NCBI GenBank assembly: GCA_043803945.1
Contig: JAZDJN010000055.1
Coordinates: 1-37,943, forward strand
DNA: 37,943 nt
Reading direction: 5' to 3'
From: a bacterium
GTDB lineage: Bacteria; Bacteroidota; Ignavibacteria; UBA10030
The position numbers were made by a program, and so were the translations under genes. Each line of letters starts with the position of its first letter. The stretch's first letter is position 1. Positions 9,401-18,042 of this stretch are shown here, in pieces. The notes under the pieces were generated by a model that saw only the letters and a program-made list of their open reading frames with translations, made no database searches and was not told the DNA's origin.

Positions 9401-9872
9401 GGTTATTTCTTGAAACGCTTGCCCCCTTTGGCAACCAAAAGACCCAAAGGGAGAAAAAGTTGCTAGAATCTTACCCTAAAAATATCAATTTGATCGAAGC
9501 TGTGCCAAAGCTGGGAATATTTAGCTATTTCAGACGGACGATCCACTCTAATCCAATATTCACCGAATAATTGTATACTGATTAAGAGGCATATAGTAGC
9601 AGCTTTATACTTAAACGCGTGGAAAGGTGACTCACAGATTCGGTCTTAATGAATGGCAACAGTCAGTCCCGTGATTAAGGCAGAATCATCAAAAATCTTC
9701 TGTAGAATAACTTTTTTCAAATGATTAATACCTTTTCTTGTGCTTCATACGCTAAAACGGTATTTTCCAAGCCGTAATTCAGCACAAAGAAAGATGCGGT
9801 GGTTGAAACAATGTGGAAGCTCGATTCCTTGCTTGCTTACATTCGCATCTTCTATAAAGAGGGCTAATTCTG

Positions 9873-11126
9873 ATGACAAAGAATTCGAACACACAAAAGT
9901 TCCCAAAAAATCTCGGTTGGCTGGTTACAATGACAGGGATGAGTATTAACCTCGCACTTGGAGTGCTTTATTCCTGGAGTGTTATTAGTAAAAGAATCCC
10001 TGATGATTGGGGTTGGTCTGAGGCCGGGAAGTCCTGGCCATATTCAGTCGCTTGCCTGATCTTCTCGCTCGTAATGGTTCCGGCAGGAAGAATGCAGGAT
10101 TGGATTGGGCCTAGAATTGTGGCCAGCATCGGGGGGGGCTTAGTTGGGCTGGGAATGATCGTTTCAAGTATGACTCATTCACTGCAGGGATATATTCTTG
10201 GTTTCGGTGTGCTGGCAGGATTCGGATTCGCTTTTGGTTACGCGGCAACAATCCCAGCGGCTGTCAAATGGTTTCCTGCTTCAAAAACGGGATTGATTGC
10301 AGGTATCGTCGTAGCCGGATTCGGATTAGCGAGCGTCTACGTTGCACCGCTGGCTGATGGCCTGATTACCTCGTATGGACTTCCAACAACAATGTTAAGT
10401 CTCGGAGCCGGATTTCTTCTCGTCATCATCGGCCTGGCACAATTCCTTAATCCACCTCCCCTTGATTATCTGCCACCAGGGGATCCAAATCCCACCACCG
10501 GCAAGGCCAGTTCGGCAATTCATTATTCACCGGGTGAGGTGCTAAAGACATCACAGTTTTACCTTCTCTGGTTTATGTTTGCCTGCGGCGCAGGTGCAGG
10601 CCTGATGATCATCTCTAAGCTGGCAAAGTTAGTCGAACTTCAGGCCGATATTAAGCTCGGATTTATCCTTGTGGCCATTCTCGCAATCGGCAATGGTTCA
10701 GGACGTATTGGGGCAGGAATTCTTTCAGATAAATTCGGACGATCGAAAACTCTCTTCATCTGCTTTGTGTTCCAGGCGATTCTCGTTTTACTCCTTTCAC
10801 AGGCCGCAAAGGGAACTCTTATCGGTAGTACTCCAGCGCTCGTTGTACTTTCTGCACTGATAGGTGCAAATTATGGGGCGAACCTGTCACTCTTCCCTTC
10901 GCTTACCAAGGACTTCTATGGAATGAAACACTTTGGGATAAACTATGGCTTGGTCTTCACAGCATGGGGTCTCGGCGGATTCACGCTTTCTCTACTCGCC
11001 GGCTGGGTTTATGATACTACCCACACATTCACGTTCGCGTATTATTGTTCATCAGGACTCTTATTCATTGCGGCTCTTCTCACATTCTTAATTAAAAAAC
11101 CACAGAGAAACTTAACTGGAGCATAA
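9873..11126 (+). CDS. MFS transporter, oxalate/formate antiporter (OFA)-like family
   Basis: 12-TM pattern, LGVLYSWSV, GRMQDWIGPR, AVKWFP..GLIAGIVVAGFG, GILSDKFGR, NYGLVFTAWGLGG. Confidence 0.9.
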   Translation: MTKNSNTQKFPKNLGWLVTMTGMSINLALGVLYSWSVISKRIPDDWGWSEAGKSWPYSVACLIFSLVMVPAGRMQDWIGPRIVASIGGGLVGLGMIVSSMTHSLQGYILGFGVLAGFGFAFGYAATIPAAVKWFPASKTGLIAGIVVAGFGLASVYVAPLADGLITSYGLPTTMLSLGAGFLLVIIGLAQFLNPPPLDYLPPGDPNPTTGKASSAIHYSPGEVLKTSQFYLLWFMFACGAGAGLMIISKLAKLVELQADIKLGFILVAILAIGNGSGRIGAGILSDKFGRSKTLFICFVFQAILVLLLSQAAKGTLIGSTPALVVLSALIGANYGANLSLFPSLTKDFYGMKHFGINYGLVFTAWGLGGFTLSLLAGWVYDTTHTFTFAYYCSSGLLFIAALLTFLIKKPQRNLTGA

Positions 11127-11182
11127 GCACCACGATCGCAAGGATTGTTCATTTCATTCAAATCCATTAATCGACGGGAGTA

Positions 11183-12058
11183 ATGTCACCTATGAAGTAC
11201 GGCACCCATTGTTACCTCTTCACCGAACGCTGGTCTGATAATCAGCTTCATATTCTTGATCTTGCCCAGGAACTTGGATTGCAGATGTTCGAGCTCTCAG
11301 TGGGTGATGATGTTCATTTCAATGCATCATTAACGGGAAGCCATGCGGCTGCACTGGGATTGGACCTCATCATCGGCCCAGGAGGAGCCTGGCCTCTGGA
11401 ATGTGATCTCTCTGCAGACGATCCGGCAGACCGCATGAAAGGACTCGAATGGCATAAGCGGCAGGTCGATGTCGCGGCTGAGTTGGGAGCAAAAGCCTAT
11501 GCCGGTGCTCTCTATGCGCATCCGGGTGTTGTGAAACGCCGCAGACCGGTCCCGGGCGAATTTCAAAGAACAGCGGAAGGCCTTCATATGCTGGCAGAGT
11601 ACGCTGAAGAACGAAAAGTCCTTCTTGCACTCGAACCGATGAGCCACTTCCGCACCCATTTGATTAATACACCGGCTCAATTACTCCGGCTTATTGAGAT
11701 CGCAGATCACCCAAGTCTCCATGTTCTTCTTGACACGTACCATATTGTCACCGAGATTCGAGACTATGCTGATGCAGTTCGTACTGTTGCACATCGACTG
11801 TTTGCACTCCATGCATGCGAAAACGATCGAGGTGTACCAGGAGGCGGGCTAATTCCCTGGAATCAGATTTTCCAATCGCTTGCTGATATAAAGTTTGACG
11901 GTTACATCGGGTTGGAGGCCTACAATTCCTCCATCGGTGATTTTGCATTCCAACGCGGGATGTTTCACAGCGTCTGTCCTGACGGGAGTGAATTTGTACG
12001 CAAAGGAACCAGCTTTCTTCGCGAGATGGAAATGCGGTATCAACATGGCATACAGTAA
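11183..12058 (+). CDS. sugar isomerase/epimerase, D-psicose/D-tagatose 3-epimerase-like (xylose isomerase-like TIM barrel)
   Basis: Metal/catalytic motifs LEPMSHFRT, LDTYH, HACENDRG.PG.G, GLEAY. Confidence 0.85.
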   Translation: MSPMKYGTHCYLFTERWSDNQLHILDLAQELGLQMFELSVGDDVHFNASLTGSHAAALGLDLIIGPGGAWPLECDLSADDPADRMKGLEWHKRQVDVAAELGAKAYAGALYAHPGVVKRRRPVPGEFQRTAEGLHMLAEYAEERKVLLALEPMSHFRTHLINTPAQLLRLIEIADHPSLHVLLDTYHIVTEIRDYADAVRTVAHRLFALHACENDRGVPGGGLIPWNQIFQSLADIKFDGYIGLEAYNSSIGDFAFQRGMFHSVCPDGSEFVRKGTSFLREMEMRYQHGIQ

Positions 12059-12116
12059 AAGCTGTCATCAGATCTCTAATTTTGTTAGAAATTGAAATTC
12101 ATATAGCGGAAATTCT

Positions 12117-14030
12117 ATGACTCCTCTCGAGCTGAAAGAACTTCTTCATACCATAACCAGAGTTCATATAGGCATCATCGGAGATTTTTGCCTCGATGCC
12201 TATTATATGTTGAATGAAAGTGCTTCAGAAATTTCCGTAGAAACAGGTCTTCCTACACGTCCTGTCAAATCGCAACGCTACTCTCTGGGCGGTGCTGCAA
12301 ACGTAGCAAGTAATCTTCTTGCTCTGGGAGTAAAATCTCTTTCTGTGTTCGGCGTCATCGGTCAGGACCCCTTTGGCAGAGAGATGAGAGATTTATTAAA
12401 GAGCCAGGGCGTGAACGTCTCCGGTTTATTGGCGCAGGAAAAAGAATGGGATACCCATGTCTACCTTAAGCCATACGAAAAGAACAGAGAAAGCAATCGC
12501 ATCGACTTTGGCAATTTCAACGAACTGCATCCCGGAACGGCGAAGGTATTGCTCCAACGCATCAATGATGCACTTCATACATTAGACATTGTCATCATCA
12601 ACCAGCAGGTGTTGCGAGGGATTCATTCCGGTTTTTTCCGGGACGAACTGAAGGCTCTCATCCGTCAGAATCAGCAGAAATCCTTTATCGTGGATTCGCG
12701 TCACTACAGTGATGAGTATACTGGAACCATAAGAAAAATTAATATTCACGAAGCATTGCGGCTGATCGGCCAGAAGGATGTCCCGTCCGATTGGTTGATT
12801 TCCGGGCAAGTCAGGGAGATCATACTGCATCTGTATGAACGATGGAATAAGCCGATTTTTCTGAGCCGTGGTGAACATGGATGCGTCGTGGTTGATAACA
12901 ATGGATTTCAAGAAATCCCAGGATTGCTGATGACCTCACCTTTGGATCCCGTTGGTGCAGGCGACAGCATGCTGGCCGGTATCGCTGCAGCTCTTGCCGC
13001 CGGCGCCAAGCCGATCACTGCCGCTGAACTTGGAAGCCTCGTTGCGGGCGTTACCGTTCAGAAATTATTCCAGACCGGCACGGCGACTCCTGAAGAGATA
13101 CTCCAGCTCGGCGGCGATCCGAACTATCGCTACAAACCGGAGCTGGCGCGCCAAATGCATAAAGCGGTGTTTCATCTTCAAACAGAAATTGAGATTGTTC
13201 AACCTCTCGCACACGCTACAGATTTTACGCACTTCATTTTCGATAACGACGGAACCATTTCGACCCTGCGGCAGGGATGGGAAGAAATTATGGAACCGAT
13301 GATGATGAAAGCAATCCTCGGACATAAAGAGCAAGAGGCGGATGAAGCGTTGTACAATCAGGTGCTGGTAAGTGTCCGCGAGTACATCGATAAAACCACC
13401 GGTGTACAAACCCTGGTGCAGATGAAAGGACTGATTCATTTGGTCCGGCAGTTTCATTGCGTGCCCGAAGCAGAAATCCTGAACGAGGCTGGTTACAAGG
13501 AATTGTATAATATCGAACTTATTAAAATGGTCAATGCTAGAATTGCAAAACTGCTGGCGGGAGAATTGGATATTGAAGACTTTACAGTCAAGAAAGCCAT
13601 TCCCTTCTTGCAAGCGTTGCATCAGAAAGGAGCACATCTCTATCTTGCCAGTGGAACCGACCAGGAGGATGTGATAAGAGAAGCGGAGACATTGGGTTAC
13701 AGGCATCTGTTTGGAAACCGAATTTTCGGAGCTGTTGGCGACGTGACACAGGAAGCAAAGAAAATTGTGCTGGAAAGAATTCTGAATGACATCGGACATG
13801 ATTCCAGTAAAAGAGTGGTCACCTTTGGCGATGGACCTGTTGAGATTCGTGAAACTCATAAGAGGGGCGGATTCAGCATTGGTGTCGCGAGTAATGAGAT
13901 TCGCAGATACGGCATCAACAGTGTGAAACGACGAAGGTTGATTGAGGCGGGCGCCGACCTCATCATTCCCGATTATTCCCAGATGAACCATCTTCTATCA
14001 CTCTTATTCAGCAACAAGGAAGCAAGTTGA
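12117..14030 (+). CDS. fusion of an HldE/RfaE-like PfkB sugar kinase with a HAD-superfamily phosphatase
   Basis: N-terminal IIGDFCLD..ISVETGLP..LGGAANVASNL and DPVGAGD; C-terminal HAD motifs FDNDGT, LASGT, FGDGPVE, EAGADLIIPDY. Confidence 0.88.
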   Translation: MTPLELKELLHTITRVHIGIIGDFCLDAYYMLNESASEISVETGLPTRPVKSQRYSLGGAANVASNLLALGVKSLSVFGVIGQDPFGREMRDLLKSQGVNVSGLLAQEKEWDTHVYLKPYEKNRESNRIDFGNFNELHPGTAKVLLQRINDALHTLDIVIINQQVLRGIHSGFFRDELKALIRQNQQKSFIVDSRHYSDEYTGTIRKINIHEALRLIGQKDVPSDWLISGQVREIILHLYERWNKPIFLSRGEHGCVVVDNNGFQEIPGLLMTSPLDPVGAGDSMLAGIAAALAAGAKPITAAELGSLVAGVTVQKLFQTGTATPEEILQLGGDPNYRYKPELARQMHKAVFHLQTEIEIVQPLAHATDFTHFIFDNDGTISTLRQGWEEIMEPMMMKAILGHKEQEADEALYNQVLVSVREYIDKTTGVQTLVQMKGLIHLVRQFHCVPEAEILNEAGYKELYNIELIKMVNARIAKLLAGELDIEDFTVKKAIPFLQALHQKGAHLYLASGTDQEDVIREAETLGYRHLFGNRIFGAVGDVTQEAKKIVLERILNDIGHDSSKRVVTFGDGPVEIRETHKRGGFSIGVASNEIRRYGINSVKRRRLIEAGADLIIPDYSQMNHLLSLLFSNKEAS

Positions 14031-14215
14031 GCATTGCACAAATGAAGGAAAAACACATTCTTCTCCATAAGTTGCAGTTACGTACTTCACTCTTGAATAC
14101 CTTCACAACAGGAGAGCTGCTGCAAGGTGCTCCCACAGATTCTCTGATTGCGACCGAATACTCGACCGACGATATGATCGCAAAGCAAATACCGAAGTTC
14201 ATCTACGGCTTGTGA
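14027..14215 (+). CDS. small hypothetical ORF or gene remnant
   Basis: TTG start overlaps the upstream TGA (TTGA coupling) with AAGGA just upstream; no recognisable motif. Confidence 0.25.
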   Translation: MSIAQMKEKHILLHKLQLRTSLLNTFTTGELLQGAPTDSLIATEYSTDDMIAKQIPKFIYGL

Positions 14216-14230
14216 TTGCAGCTCCCCGTT

Positions 14231-14259
14231 TTGTAATTCGCTAACCGGAATTGTATATT
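14231..14259 (+). promoter_or_regulatory. sigma70-type promoter of the PLP lyase gene
   Basis: TTGTAA-17 nt-TATATT, 85 bp upstream of the GTG at 14345. Confidence 0.6.
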
Positions 14260-14344
14260 TATAGAGTCGCTAATTCCGTTTTAATCCAATAAGGCAGAGA
14301 GAGCTACCTCATTCCTCTCTCGTTCGCAAGAAAAAGGCACCATC

Positions 14345-15484
14345 GTGGGATTCTCAACAAAAGCAGTTCACGCAGGCATTGAACCTGATCCATCCACCGG
14401 ATCAATAATGACACCGATCCATCTTACCTCAACCTACGTCCAGGAAGAGCTTGGGAAACACAAGGGATATGAGTACTCCCGTGTATCCAATCCAACACGA
14501 ACCGTTCTGGAAAACAGCATTGCCGCGCTTGAGAATGGAAAGTTCGGATTTGCCTTTTCCTCAGGCGTCGCGGCTGAAGCGGCAATCTTTCATTTGCTAA
14601 AGTCGGGGGATCATGTTCTTCTCTCACGAAATATTTATGGAGGTACTTACCGGCTGGCAAAGTATGTCCTCTCTAATTACTCTCTCCGATTTGAATTTAT
14701 CGATACCACAAATCTCCAGGCCCTACAGGCAGCGATCACTCCCGATACAAAAATGGTCTTTATCGAGACACCAACGAACCCGACAATGGAGATCACCGAT
14801 CTCACAGCAGTAAGCAGGATCTGCAAATCGAACAAGTTGATTTCAGTGGTAGACAACACCTTTGCGACTCCCTACCTTCAGAATCCACTCGATGTTGGGA
14901 TCGATATCGTCGTTCATAGTGCAACGAAATATCTCAATGGCCACAGCGATATGATCGGCGGGCTTGCTGCAGTCAACGATAAAAAACTCGCAGAGAGGTT
15001 AAAATATATTCAGAAATCTGTCGGGGCGGTGATGAGCCCCTTCGATTGCTGGATGTGTTTACGTGGTATAAAGACCCTCGCACTCCGGATGGCGCGCCAT
15101 GAAATCAATGCGATGGAAATCGCTGCATACCTGAGTACTCATCGAAAGGTAATGAAGGTCTACTACCCCGGACTCGTTTCCCACCCGCAACACCGGCTTG
15201 CGGCAAAGCAGATGCGGGGATTTGGGGGGATGATTTCGTTCGATTTGGGCTCTCTGAAAAATGTCAAGAAATTTCTCAAAGCACTGCGCCTCTGTGCACT
15301 CGCCGAGAGTTTGGGAGGAGTAGAAACTCTTATTGCTTACCCCTATACAATGTCCCATGGTGCATTGCCGCCGGAAGAAAAAAAGAGAGTTGGCATCACA
15401 GAAGGCATGGTGCGATTATCGATTGGAATTGAAGATGTTGAAGATATCTTAGATGATTTGAAACAAGCGCTCGGCAAACTCTAA
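14345..15484 (+). CDS. cystathionine gamma-lyase/gamma-synthase family PLP enzyme
   Basis: YSRVSNPTR, ETPTNP, VVDNTFATP, PLP-Lys motif HSATKYLNGHSD, AESLGGVE, RLSIGIED. MetB versus MccB cannot be resolved by eye. Confidence 0.93.
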   Translation: MGFSTKAVHAGIEPDPSTGSIMTPIHLTSTYVQEELGKHKGYEYSRVSNPTRTVLENSIAALENGKFGFAFSSGVAAEAAIFHLLKSGDHVLLSRNIYGGTYRLAKYVLSNYSLRFEFIDTTNLQALQAAITPDTKMVFIETPTNPTMEITDLTAVSRICKSNKLISVVDNTFATPYLQNPLDVGIDIVVHSATKYLNGHSDMIGGLAAVNDKKLAERLKYIQKSVGAVMSPFDCWMCLRGIKTLALRMARHEINAMEIAAYLSTHRKVMKVYYPGLVSHPQHRLAAKQMRGFGGMISFDLGSLKNVKKFLKALRLCALAESLGGVETLIAYPYTMSHGALPPEEKKRVGITEGMVRLSIGIEDVEDILDDLKQALGKL

Positions 15485-15586
15485 CTCGGATTACAGATAT
15501 TTGGATAGAAGTGACTCGTTCCTCCTTCAACATACTCTGGCTCCAAGAACGTGTAATCTAATAGGTCTGGCGGCAGCATGAGCATC

Positions 15587-16819
15587 TCATTTGTAGAGCA
15601 AGTATTTCTTCCTCACGATTCTAAATTTTTCCACCTCCTCACCCCACGCACCAACAATCTCCTTTGCAGGTTTCCCTGCATCGATCATACGCCGCAAGTT
15701 AGGAGTACCGGAGAGTCTATCGATGGAGCGTTCACGCCATCGGAGGCTGTCAGCGAATAGTTGTTTTACCGTCGAGAGGATAAAGACACCCGTCTGAACC
15801 GGCTTATATTGATTCCTGTTCACCACCTTGACTTGTATTCCATAACACTTCAGCGAATCGTACTTAGGATGCACAGTGACACCTGCGATAGAATGCGGAG
15901 TAAATTCGATCGGTTCAAATTTCACACCCGGAAGTTTCTGGCGATTGAGCACCTCTGCCCATTTTTTCCCGTCGATAAAGGGAGCTCCGATATACTCAAA
16001 TGGTTTTTGGGTTCCTCTCCCTTCAGAAAGATTTGTCCCTTCGATAAGGCAAGTACCGGGATAAACAATGGCCGTTGCGAGTGTCGCCATGTTCGGTGAA
16101 GGCTTTATCCAACGAAGGCCTGTCTGATCGTACCACATTGACCTCTTCCATCCTTCCATCTTCACAACAGTGAGCGACGCCTTAATTCCATTCTTCAGCC
16201 ATCCCTCTTCATTGAAGAGCATCGCTAGTTCTCCAACTGTCATCCCATGAGCAATAGGGATTGGATGGAGTCCAACAAACGATCGGAGAGAATCTTCCCG
16301 AATGAATCCATCAACATGCACACCCCGGATCGGATTTGGGCGATCGAGCAAAATAAAGGGAATATTATTCTCAGCCGCTGCCTCCATCGCATACGACAGA
16401 GTGCTGATGTACGTATAGAATCGAACACCAACATCTTGAATATCGAACAGGAGGACTTCAACATCCTTCAACATCTCGGGAGTAGGTTTATTAATGGAAC
16501 CGTAAAGGGAATACACAGGAACACCGGTTTTGGCATCAGTACCATGGGTGAGATTTTTGCCATCTGGGGCATCTCCGCGAATTCCATGTTCGGGACCAAA
16601 CAGGGCAACGAGTTTACAGCTTGTTTTGGACAGAGTATCGGCAAGGTGTTGGCCATTGGATAAAAGTGCCGAATGATTCGTCACCAGCCCCACGTTCTTC
16701 CCGTCGATTAATCGAATGTACTTTTCGAAGAGGAGATCTGCGCCGGTTTTCACCTGAGCGGCTGAGAGTTGAACGAAGACGGAACAGAAAACGAGAATAG
16801 CAATTGTTCGGGAATGCAT
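15587..16819 (-). CDS. namZ: DUF1343 / NamZ-family exo-beta-N-acetylmuramidase, secreted
   Basis: Signal peptide, VGLVTNHS, LFGPEHGIRG, FDIQDVGVRFYTY, LDRPNP, PSPNM, EGTNLSEGRGT. Confidence 0.9.
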   Translation of the reverse strand: MHSRTIAILVFCSVFVQLSAAQVKTGADLLFEKYIRLIDGKNVGLVTNHSALLSNGQHLADTLSKTSCKLVALFGPEHGIRGDAPDGKNLTHGTDAKTGVPVYSLYGSINKPTPEMLKDVEVLLFDIQDVGVRFYTYISTLSYAMEAAAENNIPFILLDRPNPIRGVHVDGFIREDSLRSFVGLHPIPIAHGMTVGELAMLFNEEGWLKNGIKASLTVVKMEGWKRSMWYDQTGLRWIKPSPNMATLATAIVYPGTCLIEGTNLSEGRGTQKPFEYIGAPFIDGKKWAEVLNRQKLPGVKFEPIEFTPHSIAGVTVHPKYDSLKCYGIQVKVVNRNQYKPVQTGVFILSTVKQLFADSLRWRERSIDRLSGTPNLRRMIDAGKPAKEIVGAWGEEVEKFRIVRKKYLLYK

Positions 16820-16831
16820 TGGTCCCTCTGT

Positions 16832-17374
16832 CTATGATGTTATGATCAACGTCCTGCTCAAGCACCATGCCGCCAGCGACATCCCGTCCCAGATTTCTCC
16901 TGCCGCAATCTTCGCGTCTATCTCATCCGGGGTAAGTGTAACGATCTCAAATTCCTCTGTGGCATCTGGTGCTGCTATTTGTCTAGTAAGATGCTTCGCA
17001 ATGAATACTCGACAGAATTCATCAGCTACTCCGTTATAGGGATTGTACTCACCAACAAATTTCCAGGAGGCTGCAGAATGACCTGTTTCCTCTGCCAATT
17101 CTTCTCTCGCTGTTTGTTCATGATCGTGCCCTTCTTTCACTCCCCCGCATGGAAATTCAAGGCTCTCCCGATCACAGAGATATCGATATTGCCGCACCAT
17201 AAGAATCTTGCCTTCCCCGGTTACCGGCAGAATCATGCTCGATCCGTTGGTATGGACATAATGATAGTGACTTCTGTGTCCATTCGGCATCTCGAATTCA
17301 TCTTTCCTGTACGCCCACCAGGGATTGCGATACAACTCCTGTTCATTAAGTTTCTTCCATTTGGAGAGAGGCAT
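16832..17374 (-). CDS. NUDIX hydrolase (ADP-ribose pyrophosphatase-like)
   Basis: MVRQYRY..LEFPCGG....AREELAEETG Nudix box, and the GEIWDG C-terminal motif. Confidence 0.9.
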   Translation of the reverse strand: MPLSKWKKLNEQELYRNPWWAYRKDEFEMPNGHRSHYHYVHTNGSSMILPVTGEGKILMVRQYRYLCDRESLEFPCGGVKEGHDHEQTAREELAEETGHSAASWKFVGEYNPYNGVADEFCRVFIAKHLTRQIAAPDATEEFEIVTLTPDEIDAKIAAGEIWDGMSLAAWCLSRTLIITS

Positions 17375-17388
17375 AAGAGTGAGATAAA

Positions 17389-17430
17389 AGTATTAAGTCA
17401 ATAGTATAAAGTATAAAGTTAGAAGTGAGA
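17389..17430. repeat. degenerate heptamer tandem repeat (AGT-N4) x6
   Basis: AGTATTA AGTCAAT AGTATAA AGTATAA AGTTAGA AGTGAGA, with AGT recurring every 7 nt. Confidence 0.7.
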
Positions 17431-17476
17431 TGAGAGAAGAAAAAAGAATTTTAGAACCTTGGATTACCGGAGTATC

Positions 17477-17520
17477 AAAACGCCGGAGATGGAGCCACGT
17501 TGCACCTCCGCTCTCCAGCG
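17477..17520 (-). terminator. probable intrinsic terminator downstream of ndk
   Basis: GC-rich imperfect hairpin (CGCCGGAGATGGAG...CTCCGCTCTCCAGCG) followed on the minus strand by TTTT. Confidence 0.5.
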
Positions 17521-17540
17521 TTCGAAACAACGTTTCGATA

Positions 17541-17960
17541 TTACACTAATTCGGATTCAGGGAAGAAGAATGCAACTTCTTTCATCCCGTTTTCAACAGA
17601 GTCTGATCCGTGCACAATATTCCGCTCTTTGTTATCGGCGAAAAGTTCGCGGATGGTTCCTTCTGCTGCCTGCTGTGGATCGGTCGCACCAATCAGCGTC
17701 CGGAAATCTGCCACAGCATTTTCCTTTTCCAGCGCTATCGGAATGCAGGGTCCGCTTGTCATGTAGCTCACGAGAGCGCTGTAGAAGGGACGTTCCTTAT
17801 GTACTGCATAGAATGCGCATGCTGCTTCTTTAGTGAGGTGCAATTGTTTCAGCGAAAGGACTTTGAAGCCTGCTTTTTGGATCAGCGCGAGCACTTCTCC
17901 ATGGAGGTTTTTTTCCAGGCAATCAGGTTTGAGAATTGCTAATGATCGTTGAACTGCCAT
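17541..17960 (-). CDS. ndk: nucleoside diphosphate kinase
   Basis: [28 protein letters not shown], catalytic NIVHGSDS. Confidence 0.97.
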   Translation of the reverse strand: MAVQRSLAILKPDCLEKNLHGEVLALIQKAGFKVLSLKQLHLTKEAACAFYAVHKERPFYSALVSYMTSGPCIPIALEKENAVADFRTLIGATDPQQAAEGTIRELFADNKERNIVHGSDSVENGMKEVAFFFPESELV

Positions 17961-18042
17961 ATGATATCCTTATTAATCCTTGAAGTTATGAATGGATACT
18001 GCGGTACACTCTTTCGTGATACCGGAACGCGAACTTCTCCTC

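Noticed and set aside
9424-9510. Inverted repeat CCCTTTGG/CCAAAGGG and an IS-end-like GAAGCTGTGCCAAAG
   Set aside because: No transposase, no matching second end and no target duplication.
13065-13991. 308-aa antisense ORF
   Set aside because: Lies wholly opposite the well-supported kinase-HAD gene and has no motifs. The same applies to the many other short shadow ORFs in the track.
14265-14344. Possible SAM riboswitch ahead of the Cys/Met lyase (GAGAGAG...CTCTCTC hairpin)
   Set aside because: The leader is short and lacks SAM-I and SAM-II core motifs; only a simple hairpin. An Rfam scan would settle it.
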